Part shown: positions 1 to 8,162 of the stretch, one piece after another | How the letters are laid out: each line of letters starts with the position of its first letter | Numbering within the stretch: the stretch's first letter is position 1 | Virus record (IMG/VR): IMGVR_UViG_3300008961_000005 | Span: 1 to 43,251 of that record | Reading direction: 5' to 3' (one strand) | Length of the DNA: 43,251 bases | DNA from: a virus | Lineage: Duplodnaviria; Caudoviricetes | The notes under the pieces: model-generated | What the model saw: the letters and a program-made list of their open reading frames with translations, nothing else | Database searches by the model: none | Told to the model about the DNA's origin: nothing | Made by a program: the position numbers and the translations under genes

Positions 1-97
1 CAGTTTTTCCAACAGTAGATGCTGGGTGGTTTTCAGTATATTTTCTTTTAATTGTTATTTTCTTACCTTCTTCTAAGAATTCTTCTAAGTTTTTCAT
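1..97 (-). CDS. 5' part of a hypothetical protein, truncated by the window edge; probable head-internal protein
   Basis: Not in the ORF track. ATG at 97 lies just after the stop of 100..516 and reads MKNLEEFLEEGKKITIKRKYTENHPASTVGKT, open to the edge. The N-terminus resembles T4 capsid-targeting sequences. Confidence 0.75.
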   Translation of the reverse strand, partial: MKNLEEFLEEGKKITIKRKYTENHPASTVGKT

Positions 98-99
98 GA

Positions 100-516
100 T
101 TATTTTACTTTAATTTTTGCTTGATGTCCAGTAGTTTCAGTATATTGAAATGCAAATTTAGACTTTGCAAATAAAGTACCCATTGAAAAAGAAACAAAAG
201 TTCCTTCTGGGTTTTTCATTGCTACGCTATATGCGTCTCCAGCTGATGCTTCGTCATCAAAAATTCCTAGAATATTTTTTGAAGTTGCTGATCCCATAGT
301 GTGACCGCTTTGTAATTTAATAGAGTTTCCATTAAAATCGACATTATTGTGAGCAAATAGTAGATATTTAGTGGCACCCTTTTCTGGTAAACTATCACTA
401 TGTTCTCCAAACTCAGTTCTACTATTAAAGTAATATGATCCAAATGGTATGGATTCATTTACTTCTCCGTTTTTAACACTTTGGTTAAAAGCTTCAAATG
501 TTTTTAAGTTATTCAT
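100..516 (-). CDS. Hypothetical protein with capsid-targeting-like N-terminus (putative internal head protein)
   Basis: 138-aa ORF; MNNLKTFEAFNQ...VNE|S; late-type motif GAATATATAA at 535-544 upstream. Confidence 0.75.
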   Translation of the reverse strand: MNNLKTFEAFNQSVKNGEVNESIPFGSYYFNSRTEFGEHSDSLPEKGATKYLLFAHNNVDFNGNSIKLQSGHTMGSATSKNILGIFDDEASAGDAYSVAMKNPEGTFVSFSMGTLFAKSKFAFQYTETTGHQAKIKVK

Positions 517-534
517 ATTAATATTCTATTTTGT

Positions 535-544
535 TTATATATTC
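535..544 (-). promoter_or_regulatory. Putative late promoter (GAATATATAA variant)
   Basis: Member of the recurrent minus-strand GATATATAA motif family; lies 19 nt upstream of the start at 516. Confidence 0.4.
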
Positions 545-2394
545 TTAATAAAATTGTTGAAGGTTTGAAATTCTGGCTCAGCAGATTCGGCCATTACGCC
601 CATAGAGTTTTCTAGTTTAGTCTTTAACTCTGCGTACATGTTATGTAACGGCTTAGGAGTTAGCTTCTTAAACAGTTTCTCATCACCATCTAACATGGCG
701 TTTCTTACCTCTGTTGCTGAAATGTCCTTACCTGTTCTAGGGATTTCAAATAAACCGAAGTCATCTCTAACTCCTAGATCATCTCTATATTCTTGCTTAT
801 CTACTTGGTAACCATAAGTCTTCATTCTATCACTTCCTGTTCCCCATAATACTGGTTCGTATTTTGGTCTCATTGCATTAAACATAGTGTCAATACCACC
901 GGTTGGAATTACAAAAACTTCTTCAATTGGATATTTAGATTTTAAAGAGTTAATCATTGCAACTTGAGTGTCCTCATCATAAGGTCTTTTAAATGCATCC
1001 TCTTTTTTCTTGTTCTTAGCTTTTACTAATAAGATTACTACCGGGTGTCCATTTTGCTTATGAATAGTTTCGACTACTTTAGCATGGCCTAGTGTAAATG
1101 GTTGGAATCTACCAACAAACATATTAACTAATTTCTTACCATGTTCTGGGTAATCTACTTTTAATGCTTCAGTAATTGGACTTACTTGAGTACTAATCTT
1201 CTTATTAAGTAAATATTGATTAAAACTTTGTACATCGTTCTCACTAGTTTCAGCCATTATTAATGAATCAATCTTTTCAATAATAGAATTAATATTATTC
1301 ATTAGATCTGCATTAATAAGGTCTGTCTCTTTATTTCTTTTCTTTCTAAAACTACCTAATGTTATTTTAAATAATTCAGAAAGTATTTTATCTTGTACTA
1401 GAGTTAGTGTTTTTTCGTTCTGTAAAAACTTGTGGTTTAATTCGAACATAGGTGATTCTGAAAAATCTGCAGAATCAAACTTAGCACCAATGTATTTAGT
1501 AGCATTTTTTTCAATATAGTTATTGAAAACTTCAGACATTAATTCTAAATATCTTTTATCGGTATCTTCTTCTGACAAGCTAATGTCCTCAAAATTAAAT
1601 TGAGTCAAATGTTCTACTATATCTAATATAGTAATTTGATACATGTCAGATGGCTTTCTATCTTCACTTGGTTTTTTATTAAACTTCTCTAGTTTAAACG
1701 ATTGTAAAGATTTGCCGTCATGAAAATTAACTATAAATCCTGCAACATCTTTTGAAAGATTATTCATTAAAGCAGACTGCTTCATATTCTCATTAAATAT
1801 ACTGAATATAGCTCTTGTAAACGAAGGCTTATCTTTATCTTCGAATGTCTGTTCAAATTCGTTAACTGACATTGCTAACATTCTTTTAAGACTGTCCTTT
1901 TGACCTGAATGTAATTGACCTTCAAATATTATTGGAGGCTGTGCAACTTCTAATAAGTCTGCCCACTTGTTAAGTACTTTACTATCTCTAATTACCTTTC
2001 TAACTTTGTTAGGATTAGAAGGTTGCATTACTTGTATATGCGTTAGGATTAAATTAGACTTAGGTAATACATCATATTCTATATCCACTGTCTTACTATC
2101 ACCAACATACTCAAATCCAAATTTCCAATCAAATGGCATATCGTCGACTGAGCTTTTTGATACAGATTTAAAGTGTCTAATTGCATTTTCATAATATCTA
2201 ACAATAGTACGGTCTATTACATTCATCGGATCTTTAGATCCAGATTTATAGTATAAAAAACCTGTGCCATTTCTTTTAACATGAAATGATGAGCCATTAA
2301 TTTTTTCAGTTACAATACATTTATTATTTAATAATGTATCAATGTCTGAAATATTAGCCCCTTCAAAATATGTTTTTAAATTATGTAGTGCCAT
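535..2394 (-). CDS. Fusion of an RNA-ligase-like (Rnl2-type fold) N-terminal domain and a C-terminal cytidylyltransferase/NMNAT-like (HIGH family) domain
   Basis: N-terminal TEKINGSSF (motif I), FGFEYV (III), PPIIFEG, VAGFIV (degenerate IV), SFKLEK (V). C-terminal FVGRFQPFTLGH, GSDR and ISATEVR motifs of HIGH-family nucleotidyltransferases. Confidence 0.75.
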   Translation of the reverse strand: MALHNLKTYFEGANISDIDTLLNNKCIVTEKINGSSFHVKRNGTGFLYYKSGSKDPMNVIDRTIVRYYENAIRHFKSVSKSSVDDMPFDWKFGFEYVGDSKTVDIEYDVLPKSNLILTHIQVMQPSNPNKVRKVIRDSKVLNKWADLLEVAQPPIIFEGQLHSGQKDSLKRMLAMSVNEFEQTFEDKDKPSFTRAIFSIFNENMKQSALMNNLSKDVAGFIVNFHDGKSLQSFKLEKFNKKPSEDRKPSDMYQITILDIVEHLTQFNFEDISLSEEDTDKRYLELMSEVFNNYIEKNATKYIGAKFDSADFSESPMFELNHKFLQNEKTLTLVQDKILSELFKITLGSFRKKRNKETDLINADLMNNINSIIEKIDSLIMAETSENDVQSFNQYLLNKKISTQVSPITEALKVDYPEHGKKLVNMFVGRFQPFTLGHAKVVETIHKQNGHPVVILLVKAKNKKKEDAFKRPYDEDTQVAMINSLKSKYPIEEVFVIPTGGIDTMFNAMRPKYEPVLWGTGSDRMKTYGYQVDKQEYRDDLGVRDDFGLFEIPRTGKDISATEVRNAMLDGDEKLFKKLTPKPLHNMYAELKTKLENSMGVMAESAEPEFQTFNNFIKNI

Positions 2395-3665
2395 TAGTTT
2401 CCGTATTTTATGATTCCCATTAGCTGGTTAATCGCAGCAAAGGTACCTGTTAGTTTAAAGGTTTTTCCTTTAAATTTAAAAACTACTCCTTCAGTTGGGA
2501 TGATCGACTCAATACCACCAATTCCCTCTAGTCTTTTTAGTTCTCTTTCAACCTTCGCAATTTGAGTAAGGTCTCCATTCTTTTTAATCTTGTCAGCTTC
2601 AGTTCTAATCTGATTATGTAATCTTGCTTTTTCAGCATCTGGATTAGCAGCAACAAAATTAGAAGCGTTCTTTAAAACATCTGCACCTAACTCTAAAAAT
2701 AGATTCTCAAAGGGTAAAATGTTTTCTTTATACTTCTTATTTCTTTGACCATCAAAATCTTTAACAGCCTTATTTTGTTCCGGTGTTAATTCCTTCTTTA
2801 ATGCAGTTAACTTAAGAGTCTTCTTATCTAAGTAAGCCCATCTTAAAAGTAAACCCTCTTTATGTGCAGGGTCTAGGTCTGCAAAGTTCTCTTCGATTTG
2901 GCCTCTCCACCACATCTCGTGATACATTTTAACCTCATCTTGATCTGATAGACTATAAGTATCTCTCAGTTTATTTATCGCCTTTTCGTAATAGCCGACT
3001 CTATCATCAAAGTTAATGTCTTTTCCTAACTTTAAAATTTGAGGGGGAATTATTGTAAACGTCTTTTGAACATCTGACTTTAATTCTTTAAGAGCTTTAA
3101 CTAGTTCTGTAGCAATATTTTGTTTTCCAGTTTGATTACCTTCACCATCAGTCTCTATAATACCATGAAATTGAATAACATCTCTGTCATAATAGATAAC
3201 ATTAGGATTTTTAGAGTAGATTAGTTCCATATTAACGAAATTTAATCCGTTTGCGAACATTGATTGATCCTTAAGGCCTGGGAGCGCTTCTGCTAGATCT
3301 TTAGCAGCAAAGATATATGTTTCTTCAACCAGCTTTGACGCGTGGCCAGTAAACATCTTAATGATACCATTTAGGTCTAGTGGATTTATCATTTGCCCTT
3401 TATTTCTGGCAAACATTGCTTGACCATCTTTTACAGTTGCAAATAGATTTTGACCATCTGTCTTTTCAGTTGGAGTTTCTTCAAAATCTAACCCACCTTG
3501 TAGTGATGATTTAACAATAGTCTTGAAATCTGCAAAAGTTAATGAGTGGTCATCGAAAGGGTGCATCATGTGTCCTGCTGCTCCACCTTCAAATACGAAA
3601 TCCTCCAAGTTGTTTACCTGGAGTTTCTCGTTTAAAAATTCTGTAAAATTAGTGTATATCCTCAT
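2394..3665 (-). CDS. Ligase-fold nucleotidyltransferase (phage EGGAxGHMxHPFD / DUF6267-like family)
   Basis: EGGAAGHMMHPFD; TEKTDGQN (KxDG motif I), ARNKG, NMELIY, TEGVVF (IV), KTFKLTG (V). TAATG stop/start overlap with the downstream gene at 2394. Confidence 0.7.
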   Translation of the reverse strand: MRIYTNFTEFLNEKLQVNNLEDFVFEGGAAGHMMHPFDDHSLTFADFKTIVKSSLQGGLDFEETPTEKTDGQNLFATVKDGQAMFARNKGQMINPLDLNGIIKMFTGHASKLVEETYIFAAKDLAEALPGLKDQSMFANGLNFVNMELIYSKNPNVIYYDRDVIQFHGIIETDGEGNQTGKQNIATELVKALKELKSDVQKTFTIIPPQILKLGKDINFDDRVGYYEKAINKLRDTYSLSDQDEVKMYHEMWWRGQIEENFADLDPAHKEGLLLRWAYLDKKTLKLTALKKELTPEQNKAVKDFDGQRNKKYKENILPFENLFLELGADVLKNASNFVAANPDAEKARLHNQIRTEADKIKKNGDLTQIAKVERELKRLEGIGGIESIIPTEGVVFKFKGKTFKLTGTFAAINQLMGIIKYGN

Positions 3666-3692
3666 AAGAAGTTTTTGTCTTAATTATTTGAT

Positions 3693-4898
3693 TTAGTTAG
3701 ACTCTTCTTCTGTAATTTCTATCTCTGCAGATTCATTTTCTTTAATTACTGGAAAGTTCTTACCGTTAAATTCAAATTCTTCAGCATCTTCTTCGATCGC
3801 CTTAGCTCTTGCAGCTAAAAATGCATTACCTTCAGTAACTGCAGATTCATTAGCCCATATTAAATTAAATTCGGCTGTAATATCTTCTGCTATTTTAGAG
3901 TGACCAAATCCGTCTAAGAATAAAGCCATACCTTCAACAATACCAATACCTGACCATCCTGCAGCGTTAGCTAATCCAGAATAATGTTCGTCTAGTAAAT
4001 TCATAATTGATTTTTTACTTACAGGAATTTGTTGTCCTCCTAGTTTATCAATCTCTACTGTAATAGTTGTAATCTTACCACCTATTTTCTTACTTACAGG
4101 ATCTCTGTATCTATGGAAGTTAGCATCTGTTAATGATTCTGCTAATAAGTATTTACAAACACCTAATAAAAGCGGTCCGTCCATTAATGCGATATGGTTC
4201 GTGAAGAATGATTCTAACCATTTAGCAACTTTCTTAGCATCTCTTAAATTACCTTTAGATACTACAAACTTTTCGTTGATTATCATATTGTTTAGTGATT
4301 CAAATGCTGGAACTAAATCGTAACTGTCATAAACATCAACCATGTACCATTTAGAATCTCTTTCAGAATATAAGTAGATAAATTCAGCTCCACCGTTATT
4401 AGCGGCATCTTTTACGAACTTCTCAGTATCTTTCATATTCCCATCAGTAGTGGTCTTGTCGCCATAAAAGTTAATATCATCTACTTTTACTTCTAGACCT
4501 GAACCACCTCCCTTCTTCAGTAGTAAGTCTACTGCCTTTCCATCTGCGTAACCTTTTTTAATTTTAGGTAACATATTGTCTGGGTAACCATCATAGTGCA
4601 TATACACTGCTGTGATTTTTCCATTCTTTTTGATTTTTCCGATTTGGGATCTTGTGCCTTCTTCAATGATTGCCATTGATTCAGAAATTTCAGAAGCTCC
4701 TAGCTTTTCGTAAAATTTAGTTTTATCTTCTTCTTTAAGTTCTTTAATAGAAGTTACTCCGAACTCGCTTAATAAAGATTTAAATTGATTTGCAGCAGTA
4801 TCTCGTGCGGCTGATTGCTCCTCTTCTAGTTTTGCTACTTTTACAGCTAAATTAGACTTAGCAAAGTCTTGAAAGGATTGTAGTTTATGTGAACTCAT
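3693..4898 (-). CDS. Multidomain putative internal head protein containing a phage 'TRS..IG..Y.H.DGYP' domain and a C-terminal 'EGNAF..A..EFEFNGK' module
   Basis: 401 aa; KLQSFQDF N-terminus; GTRSQIG...VYMHYDGYP from residue 81; acidic linkers; late motif at 4938-4946. Confidence 0.65.
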   Translation of the reverse strand: MSSHKLQSFQDFAKSNLAVKVAKLEEEQSAARDTAANQFKSLLSEFGVTSIKELKEEDKTKFYEKLGASEISESMAIIEEGTRSQIGKIKKNGKITAVYMHYDGYPDNMLPKIKKGYADGKAVDLLLKKGGGSGLEVKVDDINFYGDKTTTDGNMKDTEKFVKDAANNGGAEFIYLYSERDSKWYMVDVYDSYDLVPAFESLNNMIINEKFVVSKGNLRDAKKVAKWLESFFTNHIALMDGPLLLGVCKYLLAESLTDANFHRYRDPVSKKIGGKITTITVEIDKLGGQQIPVSKKSIMNLLDEHYSGLANAAGWSGIGIVEGMALFLDGFGHSKIAEDITAEFNLIWANESAVTEGNAFLAARAKAIEEDAEEFEFNGKNFPVIKENESAEIEITEEESN

Positions 4899-4937
4899 TG
4901 TTATTAAGTTTATTTTATACTTTCTTGTACTATAGTA

Positions 4938-4946
4938 TTATATATC
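4938..4946 (-). promoter_or_regulatory. Putative late promoter GATATATAA
   Basis: Exact motif overlapping the uvsW stop, 40 nt upstream of the start at 4898. Confidence 0.5.
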
Positions 4947-6446
4947 TCCATCAAATTGGACATTTTTTACCTCAAAGGGAAACTTTTGTTCCTTATAGAT
5001 CTTTTGGCGAGCTTTCGAGTGTCTGATAAGATAATTATCCCAACCTGGGGAGGATAAATCATCTACAAAATCAATAATGTTTACTTCTGATTTAGTATGG
5101 TGTTTTCTTAAACCCCTACCAATTGATTGTCTAATAATTACTTCCGATTTAAACGATTCTGTAAAGAATATGTTGTGGATTTTATTAATCGATATACCGG
5201 TTGAGAAGGTACCGTAAGAGGCAACAATAACCACTTGAGCGCCTGCTTCCATCTTTTTCTTGTATTCTTCTCTAATGTCTTTGTCGGTGTTTCCATCCAC
5301 ATAGTATACTGGTTTATCACTATCTTGGCGCAGCTTTTCATATATTCTTTTACCATGTTCAATCCTGTGGAAAAGAACAAGACTATTGCCCCGTACTCTG
5401 GAAATAATGTTTGTAATGAAAGCAAGACGCCCTGTTGAATTAATAACATAATTGCTTTCAAATTTGTATACATCTTTACTCTCATATCTGTTTTGGGACA
5501 TCTCATAAAAAGCATTCTTGGTACTTTGCGGAGCATAATCCATTTTTATTACCTTTACATTACAGCCAGCAATGTGCCCTTCATCTTGAAGAAATGCAGC
5601 ACCTATCTCTGTAATTACAGGTCCAGTGTGTGCCATTAGGGTTAATCGATCTAATGTCTTTGGTTTTGGAATTGTACCAGACAATCCAAATCTATAGTTA
5701 GCAGCTGTACATTTTTGTAAGATTGTTTTAATTGAAGTAGATTTAGCCTTATGTGTTTCATCAATAATGACTGCATCAAATTGTTCAAAATACTCTTTGT
5801 CCTTTTTAACTAGTGATTGGTAAGTACCTATTACAACATTTCTACCAGCTCTAATCTTTTGACCAGAATAGATTTGTTGTATTTTAATATTGGTTTTATT
5901 TCTCCAGTTATACTCTATAAAGTCCTCAGAGGCTTGTACAACTAACGAAACGTTTGGTACAATGAATAGTATTCTACCTGCTTTAGCCTTGTCTAACATA
6001 TATGCAACTGCCATATACGAGATAAGGGTTTTACCTGCTGATGTAGCTAACTCACTTAAACATCTTCTAAACTTTAAGATATTATATGCTGCTTCTATTT
6101 GATAATCATGCGGGGTCTTTTCATAACCGTCAAAATAATCAAGAGCCCATTCTGTGAATTCGTCTTGTTTTACACTAGCATCGAATAGTGAAGTAACACC
6201 ATTCATTTTTAATTCATATTTATATGTTTTGGCCATGTCCATCACCTCTTTCCAAAGTCCGGAGGGAATCCACTTATCATCTTTCATATAAGAGATATAG
6301 CCGTCCCATAGACCTTTCTTCACCAGAGGGTGAAATCGCCAGTTATCAATTCTACGATTGAATGTAATGTTAAGCTGTTCTAGTTCTAGTTCAGTTGCAT
6401 CATCAATTCGCAGAAACTGTTTATTTTCAGTTAAACTTAGTTCCAT
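4938..6446 (-). CDS. uvsW: UvsW-like SF2 DNA helicase
   Basis: 502 aa; WDGYI N-terminal motif, PHDYQ, ATSAGKT (Walker A), DETH, GLSGT, FSTGISI, QSIGRGLR; next to a uvsY-like gene as in T4. Confidence 0.93.
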   Translation of the reverse strand: MELSLTENKQFLRIDDATELELEQLNITFNRRIDNWRFHPLVKKGLWDGYISYMKDDKWIPSGLWKEVMDMAKTYKYELKMNGVTSLFDASVKQDEFTEWALDYFDGYEKTPHDYQIEAAYNILKFRRCLSELATSAGKTLISYMAVAYMLDKAKAGRILFIVPNVSLVVQASEDFIEYNWRNKTNIKIQQIYSGQKIRAGRNVVIGTYQSLVKKDKEYFEQFDAVIIDETHKAKSTSIKTILQKCTAANYRFGLSGTIPKPKTLDRLTLMAHTGPVITEIGAAFLQDEGHIAGCNVKVIKMDYAPQSTKNAFYEMSQNRYESKDVYKFESNYVINSTGRLAFITNIISRVRGNSLVLFHRIEHGKRIYEKLRQDSDKPVYYVDGNTDKDIREEYKKKMEAGAQVVIVASYGTFSTGISINKIHNIFFTESFKSEVIIRQSIGRGLRKHHTKSEVNIIDFVDDLSSPGWDNYLIRHSKARQKIYKEQKFPFEVKNVQFDGDI

Positions 6447-6449
6447 TTA

Positions 6450-6872
6450 TTATAGTCCGTTCAGAGACAATCGATTTCTAATTGCAAAGCCCATGTTATC
6501 TAGGGTCTTAACTGAACTTGCAAAGAATTCTAATTGGTTTTCAAGATGAGATAATATCATATTGTCATCTGCTAGGTCGCCTTCCAAAAACTTTTCTTTT
6601 TGCTTTTCACCTAACTTATAGTCATACTCATAGTATCTAATATAGGCTTCCCTATATCTTAAACTTATTCCTGTCTTCTGTTCTTTTATTTTTACGTTTA
6701 GGTATGCAATCTGATCTACACAAGTCTGTCTTGATGATAGCGTTTCTGCTATTACCTGTTCCATACCATCTACTTTTTTAAGTCCTCTTGCGAGTCCTCT
6801 TATTGTATCAGACCATTGTGTTCTTTGTGCAGATAACTTTTGATCTAATGCTTGAATCTTTTCTTTACTCAT
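6450..6872 (-). CDS. uvsY: UvsY-like recombination mediator protein
   Basis: Probable true start is MSKEKIQ at 6872 (140 aa, helical). Has YIRYY and a C-terminal TLDNMGFAIRNRL resembling UvsY, and lies immediately upstream of uvsW. Confidence 0.65.
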   Translation of the reverse strand: MSKEKIQALDQKLSAQRTQWSDTIRGLARGLKKVDGMEQVIAETLSSRQTCVDQIAYLNVKIKEQKTGISLRYREAYIRYYEYDYKLGEKQKEKFLEGDLADDNMILSHLENQLEFFASSVKTLDNMGFAIRNRLSLNGL

Positions 6873-6882
6873 ATTAGTTATA

Positions 6883-7077
6883 TTAGAACAGAGACTTTTT
6901 GTTTGGATTTGGCTTAATAAATTTAGCAGCTTTTTGTGCTTTTTTAAATTTAGGCTTCTCCACAACAAAGTTATTACTCTGTACATTAAACTCTTCTACC
7001 TCGAAATCAATAATTAACTTATTGCCTTTGAATCTCTCTGAATCTTTCAGAAAGTCTTCTAGATTATCTTCTACCAT
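6883..7077 (-). CDS. Small hypothetical protein (acidic N-terminus, Lys-rich C-terminus ending SLF)
   Basis: Fills the gap between primase and uvsY. Probable start MVEDNL at 7077; the ORF track starts at 7095. Confidence 0.6.
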   Translation of the reverse strand: MVEDNLEDFLKDSERFKGNKLIIDFEVEEFNVQSNNFVVEKPKFKKAQKAAKFIKPNPNKKSLF

Positions 7078-7082
7078 ATCAG

Positions 7083-8162
7083 TTATACATACCATAGATC
7101 TAATTCGCTTGCTGTAAAATAGTTTTCAATTTCTTTCCATGCTTTGGATTTTTGCTCGAAACATACTCTAACCAAATCGTTGAGATCTTTTATATTATAT
7201 GTATCTAGCTTAAAATCTGTTAGAAATTTAGACCACATAAACACTGGTCTTCCTTTCTTTAATTTCTCTGCCATCTTCTTTTTACCTGTTGCATCGTTAT
7301 CAAACATATAACGCACAGTTGCCATCTCATCAAATTCATCAGTAGTCCTACCGGCAGTAGCTAGGGCTAAAGAATTATGCATAAACTTTGCATCGATCGG
7401 TCCCTCAAATAGAGTGACTGGCTGTTGGAAATTAACCTGCATAATCCCAAATAGTGTTGAGGCCTTTGCAAGTTTTGTTAGTTCATCAGGTGGTAGCTCA
7501 AGCGGCTTTCCCCATTCTTCATAGAGCTTGGGTAGATCATAGGTTAAATACCTAGACCCATAGCCTTTCATTCTTCTGGATTGTGCGCCGATAATTTTAC
7601 CTTCCATTCCCATGTTTAAGATCCATAATCTATTACCTTTTTGGGAGAAAAGAAATTCGTTCGCTTTATTGTGTAATAGTCTCTCTTTTAATTGAAACCA
7701 TATCCAATCACCTGGTGTTATTTCTTTAGCGCCGAATATCTGTTTAAATTCAGATACAGTTAATGCCAAATCTTGGACGCTAGCAAGAGATGCGTTCTTT
7801 AATACTTGTTCTTGGCTAACCTGGGACTTATTTGCTTTTATATAGTCTATAATAGTAAATGAGTCTCCTGAATTAGGCATTTTAATCTGATGGTCTTTTA
7901 ATAGTCCATATAGATTTGTGTGTTCTGAACAATTGTAACAATGATACTGAAGAGTGTCCCAATACATGTTACCACGTTTTTTGGTATCATCTTCATGGGA
8001 GTCACCACAATAAGGACACGCCAGGGTTATTCGCCCTGGCATGTCTTTAAGTAGTTGCTTATTAGGAGTAGAATGTGCTTCAACACATACTTGTTTCAGT
8101 GCCTTCTTTATTCTGCTCTTAAGCTCCTCAGTTAATTGTATGTTATTAGAGGTTGAGGTCAT
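7083..8162 (-). CDS. DNA primase (T4 gp61-like)
   Basis: Zn ribbon CPYCGDS...YHCYNC; TOPRIM motifs FEGPIDA, FDND, KDLND. Confidence 0.92.
   Translation of the reverse strand: MTSTSNNIQLTEELKSRIKKALKQVCVEAHSTPNKQLLKDMPGRITLACPYCGDSHEDDTKKRGNMYWDTLQYHCYNCSEHTNLYGLLKDHQIKMPNSGDSFTIIDYIKANKSQVSQEQVLKNASLASVQDLALTVSEFKQIFGAKEITPGDWIWFQLKERLLHNKANEFLFSQKGNRLWILNMGMEGKIIGAQSRRMKGYGSRYLTYDLPKLYEEWGKPLELPPDELTKLAKASTLFGIMQVNFQQPVTLFEGPIDAKFMHNSLALATAGRTTDEFDEMATVRYMFDNDATGKKKMAEKLKKGRPVFMWSKFLTDFKLDTYNIKDLNDLVRVCFEQKSKAWKEIENYFTASELDLWYV

Noticed and set aside
267-458. 63-aa alternative-frame ORF
   Set aside because: Fully nested in 100..516 with no motif; shadow ORF.
6873-6986. N-terminal extension of the uvsY-like ORF in the track
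   Set aside because: It overlaps the 6883..7077 gene; the ATG at 6872 gives a UvsY-sized protein with a typical A-rich leader.
1967-7117. Short nested or antisense ORFs (1967+, 5138-, 5235+, 5890+, 6358+, 6899+)
   Set aside because: They overlap well-supported genes and have no recognisable features.
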